Program-made: the position numbers and the translations under genes
Notes under the pieces: model-generated
Databases searched by the model: none
What the model saw: the letters and a program-made list of their open reading frames with translations, nothing else
Told to the model about the DNA's origin: nothing
Part shown: positions 49,072 to 59,514 of the stretch, one piece after another
How the letters are laid out: each line of letters opens with the position of its first letter
How positions within the stretch are numbered: position 1 is the stretch's first letter
Assembly: GCA_965218785.1 (NCBI GenBank)
Contig: OZ244650.1
Coordinates: forward strand, 288,001 to 352,000
Length of the DNA stretch: 64,000 nt
Direction of reading: 5' to 3'
From: Nitrosopumilus sp.
GTDB taxonomy: Archaea; Thermoproteota; Nitrososphaeria; Nitrososphaerales; Nitrosopumilaceae

Positions 49072-50136
49072 ATGAAGAAATCTGTTCTGGGCGTATTTTT
49101 AATTCTATTACTAATTCCATTTTCACAAGGATTTGCTCAGCAAACAGATAACGCTCCAACCATTTCTGCATCACTGGTAAATGAATCTCCATATGTTTAT
49201 CAGGACTCTGAAGGATATACAGTTGTAGTTGGCGAAGTCATAAACCGAAACTCATTAACGCCGATAACTAATGTTAGAATTCAAGTTATTTTTTTTAATG
49301 ACTTTGATCCTAATCCCCTGGAAATAAAGGAAGACAAAACAACCCTTGAAGTAATTCCTCCTGATGGCAAGTCTCCGTTTGTAATACGTTCCACATCGCC
49401 AAATCCCGACATCACTCAAGCCTCCATATCTCTTTTAGGATTTGACTCTTCGGCATCAAAACAAAAAGAACTCACCGTCTCCTCTACCGGAGTTGCCTTG
49501 GATACGTCATTGCATTTTTCTGGCATACTCCAAAATGGAGGAGCTCCCAACTCTGATACCAATGTTTATCTGGCCTTTTATGACGGGTTTGAGCCTCCAA
49601 GAATTCTTGGGGTATCTACAATTGAACTAGGTGATGTAGAATCAGACAGCGAGACAGCATTTGAATTTGATGGATCAATTGATTCTAAGGCTAGAGGCTT
49701 TTTCTTGTTTTCTGAATCTGATATTTTTTATTCCGATTTTGTTGATGTAGAACTTCCAGCCCCACAAAATCTTACAAAATTAGCAAAAATTTCTGCTGTT
49801 ACTATCGAAGATAACATGGGACGACAATTGTCTGAAATTAAAGTCGGCTCTACTGTTAATTTGAAAAGTAATATACAGATACAATTTGCAGCGGATCAAA
49901 AATCCAATGAAACAGCATATACATACTATGTACAAATCAAAGAATCCGGAAAATTTCCATCTGTTGAATATATTGGAAAGTCTGACGGCCGATTCATTGG
50001 AACAGGAACACAATCTCAAAGCATAGACTGGATTCCAGAAAAAAATGGGCTGTTCTTCATTGAGACATTTGTCTGGGATAGAAACAACATTCCAATAGCC
50101 GACCCGGGTCCGTTTGTCCTAATTCATGTAAACTAG
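49072..50136 (+). CDS. Secreted Ig-like (FxLYD-type) domain protein
   Basis: Signal peptide; VVGEVIN...IPPDGKSPF; IETFVWD. Confidence 0.75.
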   Translation: MKKSVLGVFLILLLIPFSQGFAQQTDNAPTISASLVNESPYVYQDSEGYTVVVGEVINRNSLTPITNVRIQVIFFNDFDPNPLEIKEDKTTLEVIPPDGKSPFVIRSTSPNPDITQASISLLGFDSSASKQKELTVSSTGVALDTSLHFSGILQNGGAPNSDTNVYLAFYDGFEPPRILGVSTIELGDVESDSETAFEFDGSIDSKARGFFLFSESDIFYSDFVDVELPAPQNLTKLAKISAVTIEDNMGRQLSEIKVGSTVNLKSNIQIQFAADQKSNETAYTYYVQIKESGKFPSVEYIGKSDGRFIGTGTQSQSIDWIPEKNGLFFIETFVWDRNNIPIADPGPFVLIHVN

Positions 50137-50169
50137 TAGATTTATTTCCAAAGAAATCTATACATATGT

Positions 50170-50643
50170 ATGTCCAAATTCTCTCTAGTTGCAACTGGTG
50201 GCACGTTTGATATCATTCATCGTGGCCATCTTACCCTGTTTTCAGATGCGTTTACAATTTCTGATAAAGTAATAATTGGACTAACCAGCGATGAGCTAGC
50301 TGAAAAAAAAGGCAAGGCTCCAATCAACAAGTATGAAAAACGGCTAGAAAACCTGACTGAAATTCTTTCAAAAGAATTTCCTGATGCCTCGTTTCAAATT
50401 ACTAAATTAAATAATGATTTTGGTCCTGCAGTTTTAGAGAAGGATGTGAAAGCTTTGGTAGTCAGCGATGAAACAAGTGATCAGGGTGATGTTTTAAACC
50501 AGCTTCGAGCAGAAAAGAATCTTCCTTCTGTAAAAATTATAACAGTATCGATGGTTTTGGCCAAAGATGGCACAAGAATATCTACATCCCGTATCAAGAA
50601 TTCTGAGATTGATACCGAAGGAAACTTGTTATCAATTGACTAA
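50170..50643 (+). CDS. coaD: Phosphopantetheine adenylyltransferase (archaeal type)
   Basis: GGTFDIIHRGH, GLTSD, VSDET and ISTSRI. Confidence 0.9.
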   Translation: MSKFSLVATGGTFDIIHRGHLTLFSDAFTISDKVIIGLTSDELAEKKGKAPINKYEKRLENLTEILSKEFPDASFQITKLNNDFGPAVLEKDVKALVVSDETSDQGDVLNQLRAEKNLPSVKIITVSMVLAKDGTRISTSRIKNSEIDTEGNLLSID

Positions 50644-50697
50644 CAGCTTGTCTAACTTTGAGTAATTGGAATAAAACAAAACTCTAGAATTGAGCAT

Positions 50698-51027
50698 ATG
50701 ACAGTCATCAATCATATGATGAAGGTAATTGATACAGATGTCTCAAATCTAAAACAGGGTCTCTTACCTGAGAATCTTTCATTTTGGTATGATAAAATTA
50801 TCAAAGAGACAATTGAGATGGCGCCCCCTTGGCTTCAAAATAAAATCAAGATTCATCAAGATCCAACACTTGCAATGAAGTTTAATTTGGATATTTCAAA
50901 ACGTGCAGTTAGATACTTTATGATTGCAGTTGATAATAATTTAGATCAGATGCCATATTCAACAAATCTCTATTTCCTCAAAGTCCAGGAGATAATGTCA
51001 ATTGAAATGGACAAGTCTCTAGTTTGA
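50698..51027 (+). CDS. Conserved hypothetical protein
   Basis: 109-aa ORF with APPWL and DISKRAV. Confidence 0.7.
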   Translation: MTVINHMMKVIDTDVSNLKQGLLPENLSFWYDKIIKETIEMAPPWLQNKIKIHQDPTLAMKFNLDISKRAVRYFMIAVDNNLDQMPYSTNLYFLKVQEIMSIEMDKSLV

Positions 51028-51098
51028 TGAGATTTTTTATTCTAGGCACAAACCAAAGTCAAAGTATCTATAACCATCAGGTTTGATAATTTCCATAC

Positions 51099-52166
51099 AT
51101 GGAACTTTACAAATCAAAGTATTCAGATAAAAAATCCAGAAATACCCGACGAGACGATGGCACATATCGTTCCTTTAGAAATTCACGATACTCCGGGGAT
51201 GATAGAAGAAAGGAATCTGCAACTGTAACTTGTGCTGATTGCGGCACTGAATGTACTGTTCCGTTTGTTCCAAGAACTGATAGACCTGTTTATTGTAGTG
51301 ATTGTTTCAGACAAAACAAACCAGATTCGAAAAACGATGGATACTCCAGAGATGATGGACGTTCTAGGAATTCCAGAGATGATGGACGTTCTAGGAATTC
51401 CAGAGATGATGGACGTTCTAGATACTCTAGAGACGACAAGAATCCACGATACTCTAGAGACGACAAGAATCCACGATACTCTAGAGACGACAAGAATCCA
51501 CGATACTCTAGAGACGACAAGAATCCACGATACTCTAGAGACGACAAGAATCCACGATACTCTAGAGACGACAAGAATCCACGATACTCTAGAGACGACA
51601 AGAATCCACGATACTCTAGAGACGACAAGAATCCACGATACTCTAGAGACGACAAGAATCCACGATACTCTAGAGACGACAAGAATCCACGATACTCTAG
51701 AGACGACAAGAATCCACGATACTCTAGAGACGACAAGAATCCACGATACTCTAGAGACGATGGACGTTCCAGGAATTCCAGAGATGATTCCAGACCTAGA
51801 AGATCAAGTAATGATAAATTTTTGAAAAAAAGGCAAAGTTTCTTTTCTGATGGTTCAGAAAAATTCTATGCATCTTTAAAAGAAAAATTATTTGAAATCT
51901 TGGGGGGAAAAATTTGTTCTAACTGTGGATTTAAAGATGAAAAAGCTTTAGGATTCAGTCATAAATATGACGTTGAAGCTTTTGACAATATTAGACGCGG
52001 AGGAGCGGCATCTTCTTGGGGAAAGTATATTTCAGAACCAGAACTTGCCAAGAAGGAACTTGATGTGTTGTGCTTGAACTGTAATGAGATCAGGCAACCA
52101 ATCTCAAAACCAAGAGAAGACAGACCAAAATCTAAACCGAACAAGAATAGACGTTTTCCTAGATGA
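51099..52166 (+). CDS. CxxC-x17-CxxC Zn-binding protein with R/D-rich tandem repeats and C-terminal HNH-like Zn module
   Basis: CADC...VPF.P...RPVYCSDC; CSNC...LCLNCN. Confidence 0.8.
   Translation: MELYKSKYSDKKSRNTRRDDGTYRSFRNSRYSGDDRRKESATVTCADCGTECTVPFVPRTDRPVYCSDCFRQNKPDSKNDGYSRDDGRSRNSRDDGRSRNSRDDGRSRYSRDDKNPRYSRDDKNPRYSRDDKNPRYSRDDKNPRYSRDDKNPRYSRDDKNPRYSRDDKNPRYSRDDKNPRYSRDDKNPRYSRDDKNPRYSRDDKNPRYSRDDKNPRYSRDDGRSRNSRDDSRPRRSSNDKFLKKRQSFFSDGSEKFYASLKEKLFEILGGKICSNCGFKDEKALGFSHKYDVEAFDNIRRGGAASSWGKYISEPELAKKELDVLCLNCNEIRQPISKPREDRPKSKPNKNRRFPR
51345..51803 (+). repeat. 27-bp in-frame tandem repeat, 17 units (12 perfect)
   Basis: TCTAGAGACGACAAGAATCCACGATAC x12 at 51426-51749, flanked by variant units. 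Confidence 0.95.
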
Positions 52167-52228
52167 ACATTAAAATCATCTTTGGGAATTTATTAACACT
52201 TTAATAATAATAATCTTGAAATCGAATC

Positions 52229-52312
52229 ATGAATGCTGACTTTAAGGCATTAGGAATCTCTATGATTGCTATGGTTGGAATTGTGTTGCTCTATACTGTA
52301 TTGGGCTTGTAG
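52229..52312 (+). CDS. 27-aa single-TM small protein (not in ORF track)
   Basis: MNADFKALGISMIAMVGIVLLYTVLGL; TATA-like TTTAATAA at about 52200. Confidence 0.45.
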   Translation: MNADFKALGISMIAMVGIVLLYTVLGL

Positions 52313-52314
52313 AT

Positions 52315-52596
52315 TCATTCCTTTACAATTTCTACGCTATATTCCAAAATTTTAGTGGATACTAGCCTGTGTTCTTTATCAAATACTGACTGGATAAAAT
52401 CCGCAAAATTTTCCACATTTTCCTTATCTTTGAATATGATGCTGTGGGCTGATTTGTCCTTTAATAAAACTACCAATTCATTTTCAATCACGTTAAGAAT
52501 CGATGTGATATATGTCTCATTCCCGTTTTTTATGAAGATTAAACTAGCTAATTTCTGAGCTTCATATTCATCATTACATACGACATTAATTTTCAT
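52315..52596 (-). CDS. Conserved hypothetical protein
   Basis: Overlaps the trpS stop codon by 4 bp. Confidence 0.7.
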   Translation of the reverse strand: MKINVVCNDEYEAQKLASLIFIKNGNETYITSILNVIENELVVLLKDKSAHSIIFKDKENVENFADFIQSVFDKEHRLVSTKILEYSVEIVKE

Positions 52597-53705
52597 TTAT
52601 TTTCAAAAAGAAATTGATCTATTTGGTTTTTTGCTTTTTCCCTTTTTTCTTGATGAACTGTAAGGAATTCATTAATTTTTTCAATTAAAATTGCTTTTAG
52701 TTCTCCTGAAAGTAGTTTTCCAGACTTGTAATCATCATAGATTGATTTTAGTTTATTATCATCTGGTTCAAAGAATATTCTTAGATATTGATATGAAACA
52801 TCAATGTCTGGGTTTCCACCAAGCTTTCTGTGTTCTTCGATATCCGGCTGACCTCCTGAAAATGCATATTTGTTGATCTTCTTTTTTACCATCTCTGGCA
52901 AGTCCGTTGTGTAAACTGTACCATTCTCATCTGAAGCCGACATTTTTCCACCGGGTCCTTCCAAAGATGGAATCATTATGTTGTGAATTAATGCTGGTTT
53001 TGGCTTTCCAATCTTTGGTGCAATGTCTCTTGTTAATCTAAAGTGTGGATCTTGGTCTACTCCTAATGGAATCAAAACTGGTTTGTCTTCAATAAAACAC
53101 GGTGCAGATTGTAGTGACGTGTAAAAAATCATACCCAGATTTGTTTCATTTGTAAATCCGAACGTTGCTTTGGTATTTGAAAAATTAATTTTTTTTGCTA
53201 CTTTAGCTGCAATTGGATAAAGGGTCTGAATGTTTTTTGTGTTGATGATGATTTTTGTTTTTTCTGGTTTGAAACCTAATGCGATAAAGTCCAATGCATT
53301 CTCATATGCAAATTTTCCAGTTTCCTCTAATGTCAGATTAGGTTTTGAATAAAATTTTTCGTCATCTGTTAATTGAAAATACATATTGACATCAAATTTT
53401 TCTTGTAGCCATTTTGCAAAAATCCATGGCACCAAATGACCAATGTGGGTATGGCCAGAAGGCCCCCTTCCGGTGTATAGAAAGAATTTGTTACCTTTTT
53501 CATAATCATCAAGAATTCTGTTCATATCTCTATGAGAAAAGAAAATACCCCTTCTCAGCATGAAATGGTCCTCGCCTGTCTTTTTCCTGATTCTGTCCTG
53601 CAGTTCTGAAGAAATCTTTTCAGTACCAAACTTTTTGGTTAATTTATCATAATCAATGTCCCCTTCAACATGCCAGGGGGTTACGATAAACTCATCAGAC
53701 GACAT
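52593..53705 (-). CDS. trpS: Tryptophan--tRNA ligase
   Basis: YTGRGPS, HIGH, DQDPHFR and KMSAS. Confidence 0.98.
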   Translation of the reverse strand: MSSDEFIVTPWHVEGDIDYDKLTKKFGTEKISSELQDRIRKKTGEDHFMLRRGIFFSHRDMNRILDDYEKGNKFFLYTGRGPSGHTHIGHLVPWIFAKWLQEKFDVNMYFQLTDDEKFYSKPNLTLEETGKFAYENALDFIALGFKPEKTKIIINTKNIQTLYPIAAKVAKKINFSNTKATFGFTNETNLGMIFYTSLQSAPCFIEDKPVLIPLGVDQDPHFRLTRDIAPKIGKPKPALIHNIMIPSLEGPGGKMSASDENGTVYTTDLPEMVKKKINKYAFSGGQPDIEEHRKLGGNPDIDVSYQYLRIFFEPDDNKLKSIYDDYKSGKLLSGELKAILIEKINEFLTVHQEKREKAKNQIDQFLFENK

Positions 53706-53753
53706 TCAAATTAATTTGGGTTAAGGTTTAAAAAGTCTTTTTCAAACCTTCTG

Positions 53754-55145
53754 ATGTTGCCACAGGTTTTTCACGATATTGAAAAAAAAATCATTCTCTC
53801 GCTAAAAGACAATCCGAAACAGACTCCTGAAATTCTTGAAAAATCTACAAAACTTTCCCCTGATCAGATCAGACGCGGAATTGAATGGCTTAGACTAAAG
53901 AATCTGGCAATCGTTGATGAATCAAAAACAAGCACCATAAGTCTGGGTAAAAACGGTCTTGAATCCCTGCAAAAAGGATTGCCTGAAAGACGATTACTAG
54001 ATTTACTTGGAGACGGTCCTAGAAAACTATCTGATCTGCAAAAAGAACTAGGTCCTGTTTTTGGAGCAGCCATGGGATTAGCTAGGAAAAATAACTGGGT
54101 TGAGGCATCATCTGAACAAATCACACTTAAGAATTCACCATCAGAACTTCCCGGTGAAAAGACCCTCAAACACATTGGAGAAAATAAGATTCCTCAGGAA
54201 AAAATTGACGGGAGTGATTTATCCTGGCTTTTGAAAAGACCTGATTTTATAATTGAAAATATTGTAAAGACAAGGGAGATCACTTTGAGTGATTCTGCAA
54301 AATCACTAAAACTCTCAGAATCCACTGGCGCAATAGACGTTGAGGCAACAGTACCAAAAGTTTTTGCAGCAAGAACCCATCCATTAAAAGATACCATTGA
54401 TGAAATTCGTGAAATATTTGTCACGTTAGGATTCTCTGAAATCAACGGCAATCTGACTCAATCATGCTTTTGGAATTTTGACGCACTTTTTACTCCACAG
54501 GATCATCCTGCACGGGAACTACAAGATACGTTTTATCTTGATGGCATATCTGCCAAAAAAATTGCGACTCCCGAACAGATTAGAAAAGTTTCAGAATCCC
54601 ACAAAAAGAATTGGAGGTATCACTGGGATATTAACGAAGCACGAAAGATGGTTCTACGGACACACACAACTTGTGTTACCATCAACCATCTAGCCCAAAC
54701 CAAGCCTGATGAAGCCAGGGTTTTTTCGCTGGGTCGTGTGTTTAGAAATGAAAAAGTCAGCTACAAACATCTTGTGGAATTTAATCAGATTGAAGGGGTT
54801 GTTGTAGGAAAAGATGCTAACTTGAGAAATTTAATGGGAATTCAACGAGAATTTTACAAGCGGATTGGAATTACAAAAATAAAATTCTGGCCAACATTTT
54901 TCCCCTATACAGAACCGTCACTTCAAACTATGGTATATAACGAAAGATTGGGAAAGTGGGTGGAATTATTTGGAATGGGAATTTTTAGACCTGAGGTAAC
55001 CAGACCTCTTGGTATTACCAAACCAGTTTTGGCATGGGGAGGCGGTATTGAAAGAATTGCCATGTTAAAGTATGGTCTTGATGATGTTAGGGAATTTTAC
55101 AATAACAACCTGAGTTGGTTGAGGAGTACTAGAAAATGCCAGTAG
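53754..55145 (+). CDS. pheS: Phenylalanine--tRNA ligase alpha subunit
   Basis: WNFDALFTPQDHPARE, LRTHTT and FFPYTEPS. Confidence 0.98.
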   Translation: MLPQVFHDIEKKIILSLKDNPKQTPEILEKSTKLSPDQIRRGIEWLRLKNLAIVDESKTSTISLGKNGLESLQKGLPERRLLDLLGDGPRKLSDLQKELGPVFGAAMGLARKNNWVEASSEQITLKNSPSELPGEKTLKHIGENKIPQEKIDGSDLSWLLKRPDFIIENIVKTREITLSDSAKSLKLSESTGAIDVEATVPKVFAARTHPLKDTIDEIREIFVTLGFSEINGNLTQSCFWNFDALFTPQDHPARELQDTFYLDGISAKKIATPEQIRKVSESHKKNWRYHWDINEARKMVLRTHTTCVTINHLAQTKPDEARVFSLGRVFRNEKVSYKHLVEFNQIEGVVVGKDANLRNLMGIQREFYKRIGITKIKFWPTFFPYTEPSLQTMVYNERLGKWVELFGMGIFRPEVTRPLGITKPVLAWGGGIERIAMLKYGLDDVREFYNNNLSWLRSTRKCQ

Positions 55146-56761
55146 TTGAGCTATCTTACACCAGACTTCAAAAACTAGTCGGCAGAGTCACAAAAAAACA
55201 AATTTCTGACATGCTGCCGTTTCTTGGATTGGATATCGAATCCGAAGACAAGGATCTGATTCGAATTGAATACAGTCCAAACAGACCTGATTATTCGACT
55301 GATTTTGGAATTGCACTAGGACTGCAGGGACTTTTGCGAATCAAGACTGGGGCAATCAAACTTTATGTTAAAAAATCAAGCAAATATTCAATATCTGTAA
55401 AATCTGAAGTCTCAAAAATACGCCCGTTTGTAACTGGCATCGTAGCTAAAAACGGAAAAATTGACGATAAAACAATCAAGCAGTTCATGGCCCTGCAGGA
55501 AGATCTTCATTTTGGAATAGGAAGAAGGAGAAAAAAGTCGTCAATAGGAATTCATGATTTGGACAAGATTACCTTCCCCCTAGTCTACAAAACCACCAGT
55601 AGAAATTACAAATTCATTCCATTAAACTCTGCCAAAGAACTTTCAATATCTGAAATTCTAAAAAATACCGATGTGGGAAAAGATTATGGGCCTATACTTG
55701 GAAATTCAACCCAGGTGCCAATCATTTTAGATGCAAAGAAAAATGCCGTCTCCTTTCCCCCGATAATTAATGCGGCAGTAACTACTGTTACAACTAGGAC
55801 AAAAAACCTGTTCGTTGAGGTAACTGGAATCAATAAAGAAGATGCTGAGGATATGCTTTCAGTTGTTGCTACTATTTTACAAGCTGCGGGTTTTACTTTA
55901 GAATCGGTTCAAATTTCTGGTGCAAAGAACTCCTCGCCAAAACTTGGGCAAAACAAAATGTCCGTAAGCCCTGCTCTAATCAACCAAACACTGGGTCTGA
56001 ATCTTAGCACTATTAAGATTATTTCATCATTGAAAAAATCCAGACTAGACGCATCTGTCAAGGGCAAGAATATCATTTGCACAATTCCTGCATATAGATT
56101 TGATATTTTCGGACCGATGGATTTGGTAGAAGAAGTTGCTTTAGGTTATGGAATTCAGAATCTTGAACCCACGTTATCTCCCTCCCAAACACTTGGAGAA
56201 AAACATCCAAATTCAGTTAATTTGGAATCCATCTCTTCTACCATGACTGGACTGGGATATATGGAGGCTCTAAATTCCAGCTTGACAAGTAAACGGGTTC
56301 TTTATGACAATACGCAAAGAGATTCATCAAAAATTATCACAGTCTTGGACTCTAAGAGTCTTGAACATACTGTTCTTAGGGATTGGCTGCTTTCGGGATT
56401 AATTGACAGTCTGGCAAGAAACATTCATGAGTCATATCCGCAAAAATTATTTGAGATTGGAACTGTCTTTGGCAAATCCAGCCCCATTACTGAAGAGACG
56501 CATCTTTGTGCAGCAAGCTCACACAAGGATGCAAATTTTAGTGAAATGAAATCTGTCCTGCAGTCTGCCATTCAATCAATATTTGGGGGGGTCTGTGAGA
56601 CTAAAACCATTACCCACCCGACTTTTGAAAAGGGGCATGTTGCCAGTATTACCATTGATGGCAAAGTCGTTGGAATCATTGGCAAAATCAGCAAATCTAC
56701 CAAAGACTGCTTTAAGCTTAGGGAGCCGATAGTTTCTTTTGAAGTAAAACTGCCTGATTAA
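55136..56761 (+). CDS. pheT: Phenylalanine--tRNA ligase beta subunit
   Basis: PNRPD, QEDLH, SFPPIIN and YRFDI...DLVEE. Confidence 0.97.
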   Translation: MPVVELSYTRLQKLVGRVTKKQISDMLPFLGLDIESEDKDLIRIEYSPNRPDYSTDFGIALGLQGLLRIKTGAIKLYVKKSSKYSISVKSEVSKIRPFVTGIVAKNGKIDDKTIKQFMALQEDLHFGIGRRRKKSSIGIHDLDKITFPLVYKTTSRNYKFIPLNSAKELSISEILKNTDVGKDYGPILGNSTQVPIILDAKKNAVSFPPIINAAVTTVTTRTKNLFVEVTGINKEDAEDMLSVVATILQAAGFTLESVQISGAKNSSPKLGQNKMSVSPALINQTLGLNLSTIKIISSLKKSRLDASVKGKNIICTIPAYRFDIFGPMDLVEEVALGYGIQNLEPTLSPSQTLGEKHPNSVNLESISSTMTGLGYMEALNSSLTSKRVLYDNTQRDSSKIITVLDSKSLEHTVLRDWLLSGLIDSLARNIHESYPQKLFEIGTVFGKSSPITEETHLCAASSHKDANFSEMKSVLQSAIQSIFGGVCETKTITHPTFEKGHVASITIDGKVVGIIGKISKSTKDCFKLREPIVSFEVKLPD

Positions 56762-56784
56762 TATTTAACCAAGTAAAATACACT

Positions 56785-56954
56785 GTGCCCTAAGAGCAAC
56801 CATGCAGACGGATTGGGATGATGTCGATCGTAATGATACCAATGATTTTCAATTCACCCAGGCATGGCACATTCAGGGCGCCCCGGTTTCAGAACCCAAG
56901 GAGGTTTTGGCTAAATACCAATGATCTTGTGCGAGTCAGAACCGGGGGACAATT
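56785..56954 (+). ncRNA. Candidate two-hairpin H/ACA-like guide RNA (strand uncertain)
   Basis: Two GC-rich hairpins with internal loops, UGA K-turn-like motifs and a 3' ACA at 56949. Confidence 0.5.
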
Positions 56955-56994
56955 CAAAAACATAAAACCCCCGTTGCAATTGTAAAAAACTGAA

Positions 56995-57414
56995 ATGGTG
57001 AATTACTGGCTGGCAAAACAGGAACCTAGCGGACCTAGAGGATATGATTTTGAACAGCTCAAAAAAGAGAAAACAACAGTCTGGGATGGAATCCACAACA
57101 ATCTTGCATTAAAGCACATGAGGGAGATGAAGCCCGGAGATCTTGTCTTGTTTTATCATACCGGCGATGAAAGACAGGCCGTCGGTATTATGCAGGTTAC
57201 TTCAAAGCCCTATCCAAATCCAAAAGAAGACAATGAGCGTTTTATTGTTGTAGATGTCAAATACAAAAAAACACTGAATCGTCCGGTGACACTTGATGAA
57301 ATGAAAAAGGAAAAAAAATTCAAAGACTGGGAGCTAATCAGGATTTCAAGACTTTCTATGATGCCTGTTCCAAAGCAGATCTGGGATGAAATACTGAGTA
57401 TTTCTCAAAATTAG
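56995..57414 (+). CDS. EVE domain protein
   Basis: YWLAKQEP, WDGIHN, GDLVLFYHT and RLSMMPV. Confidence 0.93.
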   Translation: MVNYWLAKQEPSGPRGYDFEQLKKEKTTVWDGIHNNLALKHMREMKPGDLVLFYHTGDERQAVGIMQVTSKPYPNPKEDNERFIVVDVKYKKTLNRPVTLDEMKKEKKFKDWELIRISRLSMMPVPKQIWDEILSISQN

Positions 57415-58038
57415 AATCGTGGATTTGTTGGTATAAACTGATTGTGCAGAATGACGATACCTGCTGTCTCAAAATCATAATTCCTGCCCAACAAATCCGT
57501 GTACTCTTCAAACTCAGAGCCGTTTTATGCTGCATATGCAGGAGTATGATTGTGTCCAAATAACTTTTCAGGATTTGTAATGTTGGCAATCATCTGTCTC
57601 CTGCATTTATGATATTTTCTTGCAGTTGTTTTTGTTGTAATAACAGGATCTAGTAGTGGTTTTGTCATCATTTTGTACGGCATTTGAATTTGATTACTAT
57701 CAATCATCTTTGAGAACTCTCCATTCTTTGTTATCTTTTCTTGTTTACGTGGATTGTCTTTATCTTCGAGTTGTTCTTTTAACTAGTCTTTGCTATTTCC
57801 TATTTTATGATTAATTTATCATCGAATTCATCGATAGTAAATGTGGCAACAGGAATCAGGACATCAAGTACCATGGTATCGGATATTTTGTTCCAGTCAT
57901 TAAAAATCACCATATTAGGACGAGTGAATAAAGATGTCCTGATTTTTGTTTATTTTGATATATTTTTTGATGAAATTTACTCATAAATAGACTAATTAAA
58001 TTCGGTTTATTGATATAGTCGGCTTGTTTAACGGGTTT

Positions 58039-58278
58039 ATGGCAACAGCTTATGTTTTAATAAACTGTGAACTAGGTTCCGAAGAGGCTATAATTAAGCA
58101 ACTAAAGGGTCTAGAAGGTGTTAAAGAAGTTCATGGAACTTTTGGTGCATACGATATTCTGGCCAAGATAGAATCTGATACCGTAGAAAAACTTAGAGAA
58201 ACTATTACTTGGAAGATCAGAAAGATTGAAAAGATTCGTTCAACTCTTACCCTGATGGGTATTGAAGGCCAGACATAA
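58039..58278 (+). CDS. Stand-alone Lrp/AsnC RAM domain protein (paralogue of 12327-12566)
   Basis: MATAYVLINCELGSEEA...IRSTLTLMGIEGQ. Confidence 0.9.
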   Translation: MATAYVLINCELGSEEAIIKQLKGLEGVKEVHGTFGAYDILAKIESDTVEKLRETITWKIRKIEKIRSTLTLMGIEGQT

Positions 58279-58296
58279 ACACCCCTTTTTCTTATT

Positions 58297-58866
58297 ATGA
58301 TTTTACATTTTATTTTTGTTGTAAAAGAAGAGGATCGAAAAAAACGCCAGTTTGAATTTGAATATATTAAAAAAATGGGTCAGTTTTACAAGGTATGGAT
58401 TAAGGAAAAGTTTGGAAGGGATTATGAAATTAAATGTGATGAACTGATCACAACACCCAGGGGCATTCTTCAAAGACTTGATACGAACACCCTTGTACGT
58501 GATCATGAACAAAGGGGAAAAGACGTTTATCATTTCTATCTGACCCATTTTCGACCGTTATGGACTGATTGTACTTGCGAAGGATATCATGCCGAGAATT
58601 TTGGAATGGTGTTTTGGCAACCGCTTAAAGAATCAAATGATACGTTGTTTCTTGCAGAAAAAAACTGTACTACTGTTTCTCATGAATTACTTCATGAGAT
58701 ACTGCGAATTGCAGGGCACAAAAAATTCATTCAAGAAGTTCATGACATTTGGACAAAACATCTCTTTGAACAATTGGAATTTGAACAATTTGATGAAAAT
58801 TTTCAAAAAACTGATGGCAAACCCATGTTTTTAGCAATGGATACATCACAATTGAATCTAGGATAA
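58297..58866 (+). CDS. Conserved protein with HExxH (zincin-like) motif
   Basis: SHELLHE; WTDCTCEGY. Confidence 0.7.
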   Translation: MILHFIFVVKEEDRKKRQFEFEYIKKMGQFYKVWIKEKFGRDYEIKCDELITTPRGILQRLDTNTLVRDHEQRGKDVYHFYLTHFRPLWTDCTCEGYHAENFGMVFWQPLKESNDTLFLAEKNCTTVSHELLHEILRIAGHKKFIQEVHDIWTKHLFEQLEFEQFDENFQKTDGKPMFLAMDTSQLNLG

Positions 58867-58875
58867 CTTTACAAA

Positions 58876-59514
58876 CTAACACTTTGTGACAGAATAAATG
58901 TTATTTTCAAAGTTTGCCGTTTTAAAATTTAACATATTTTCTGGATCATCATTTCTTGACTTACTCAGGTTTTCAAGCTCTACTAACGCATCCCCCCTGA
59001 AACCTACTGAAGCACCATAGACTGCATCAGTGAGCATCGTTCCATGCTCGCCTTTTTTGATGTCATCTACCATTTCATAAAACCGGACTGTCTCTTTTTT
59101 GTTGACAGGATTTCCGATTGGTTTGTTATATGCAACTGCAATATACATTCCGTTATTTTTTACTGCAACTGGAATCTTGTGATTTTTACCTGTTTGGCCC
59201 GGAATTATTTCGTTTACTAGAATTTCACATTTATGATACATGCTCGAAATATACGCATAAAATCTGTACTGTGCATATTTTCCTGCATCATCTTCTTTAC
59301 AACCTACGAAAACCCGGTGTAACAATTCCAGGGCATCATCATTCATGCTTTGCAGCCTGTCATCGATTCTGCCCCTTTCAAGCAGGTCTGACTTGCATTC
59401 TTTTGCAATTAATACTAAAATAAAATCAGGCAAATTGTAATTTTTCAGGGCGGCAACAAATGCCCCTGCCTGTGACATGCCGAATTTTGGAAAACCCTTA
59501 TTGACCATGCTCAA
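58876..59514 (-). CDS. Conserved hypothetical protein
   Basis: 212-aa intact ORF. Confidence 0.7.
   Translation of the reverse strand: MSMVNKGFPKFGMSQAGAFVAALKNYNLPDFILVLIAKECKSDLLERGRIDDRLQSMNDDALELLHRVFVGCKEDDAGKYAQYRFYAYISSMYHKCEILVNEIIPGQTGKNHKIPVAVKNNGMYIAVAYNKPIGNPVNKKETVRFYEMVDDIKKGEHGTMLTDAVYGASVGFRGDALVELENLSKSRNDDPENMLNFKTANFENNIYSVTKC

Noticed and set aside
51345-51803. Possible CRISPR array
   Set aside because: Contiguous 27-bp units without unique spacers, in frame within a CDS, and no cas genes
51232-51825. Alternative-frame ORFs of 197 aa (+) and 148 aa (-)
   Set aside because: They arise because the repeat unit lacks stops in those frames; only the 355-aa frame has domains
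57356-57707. Short minus-strand ORFs, possible PadR-like remnant
   Set aside because: No convincing motif or start context
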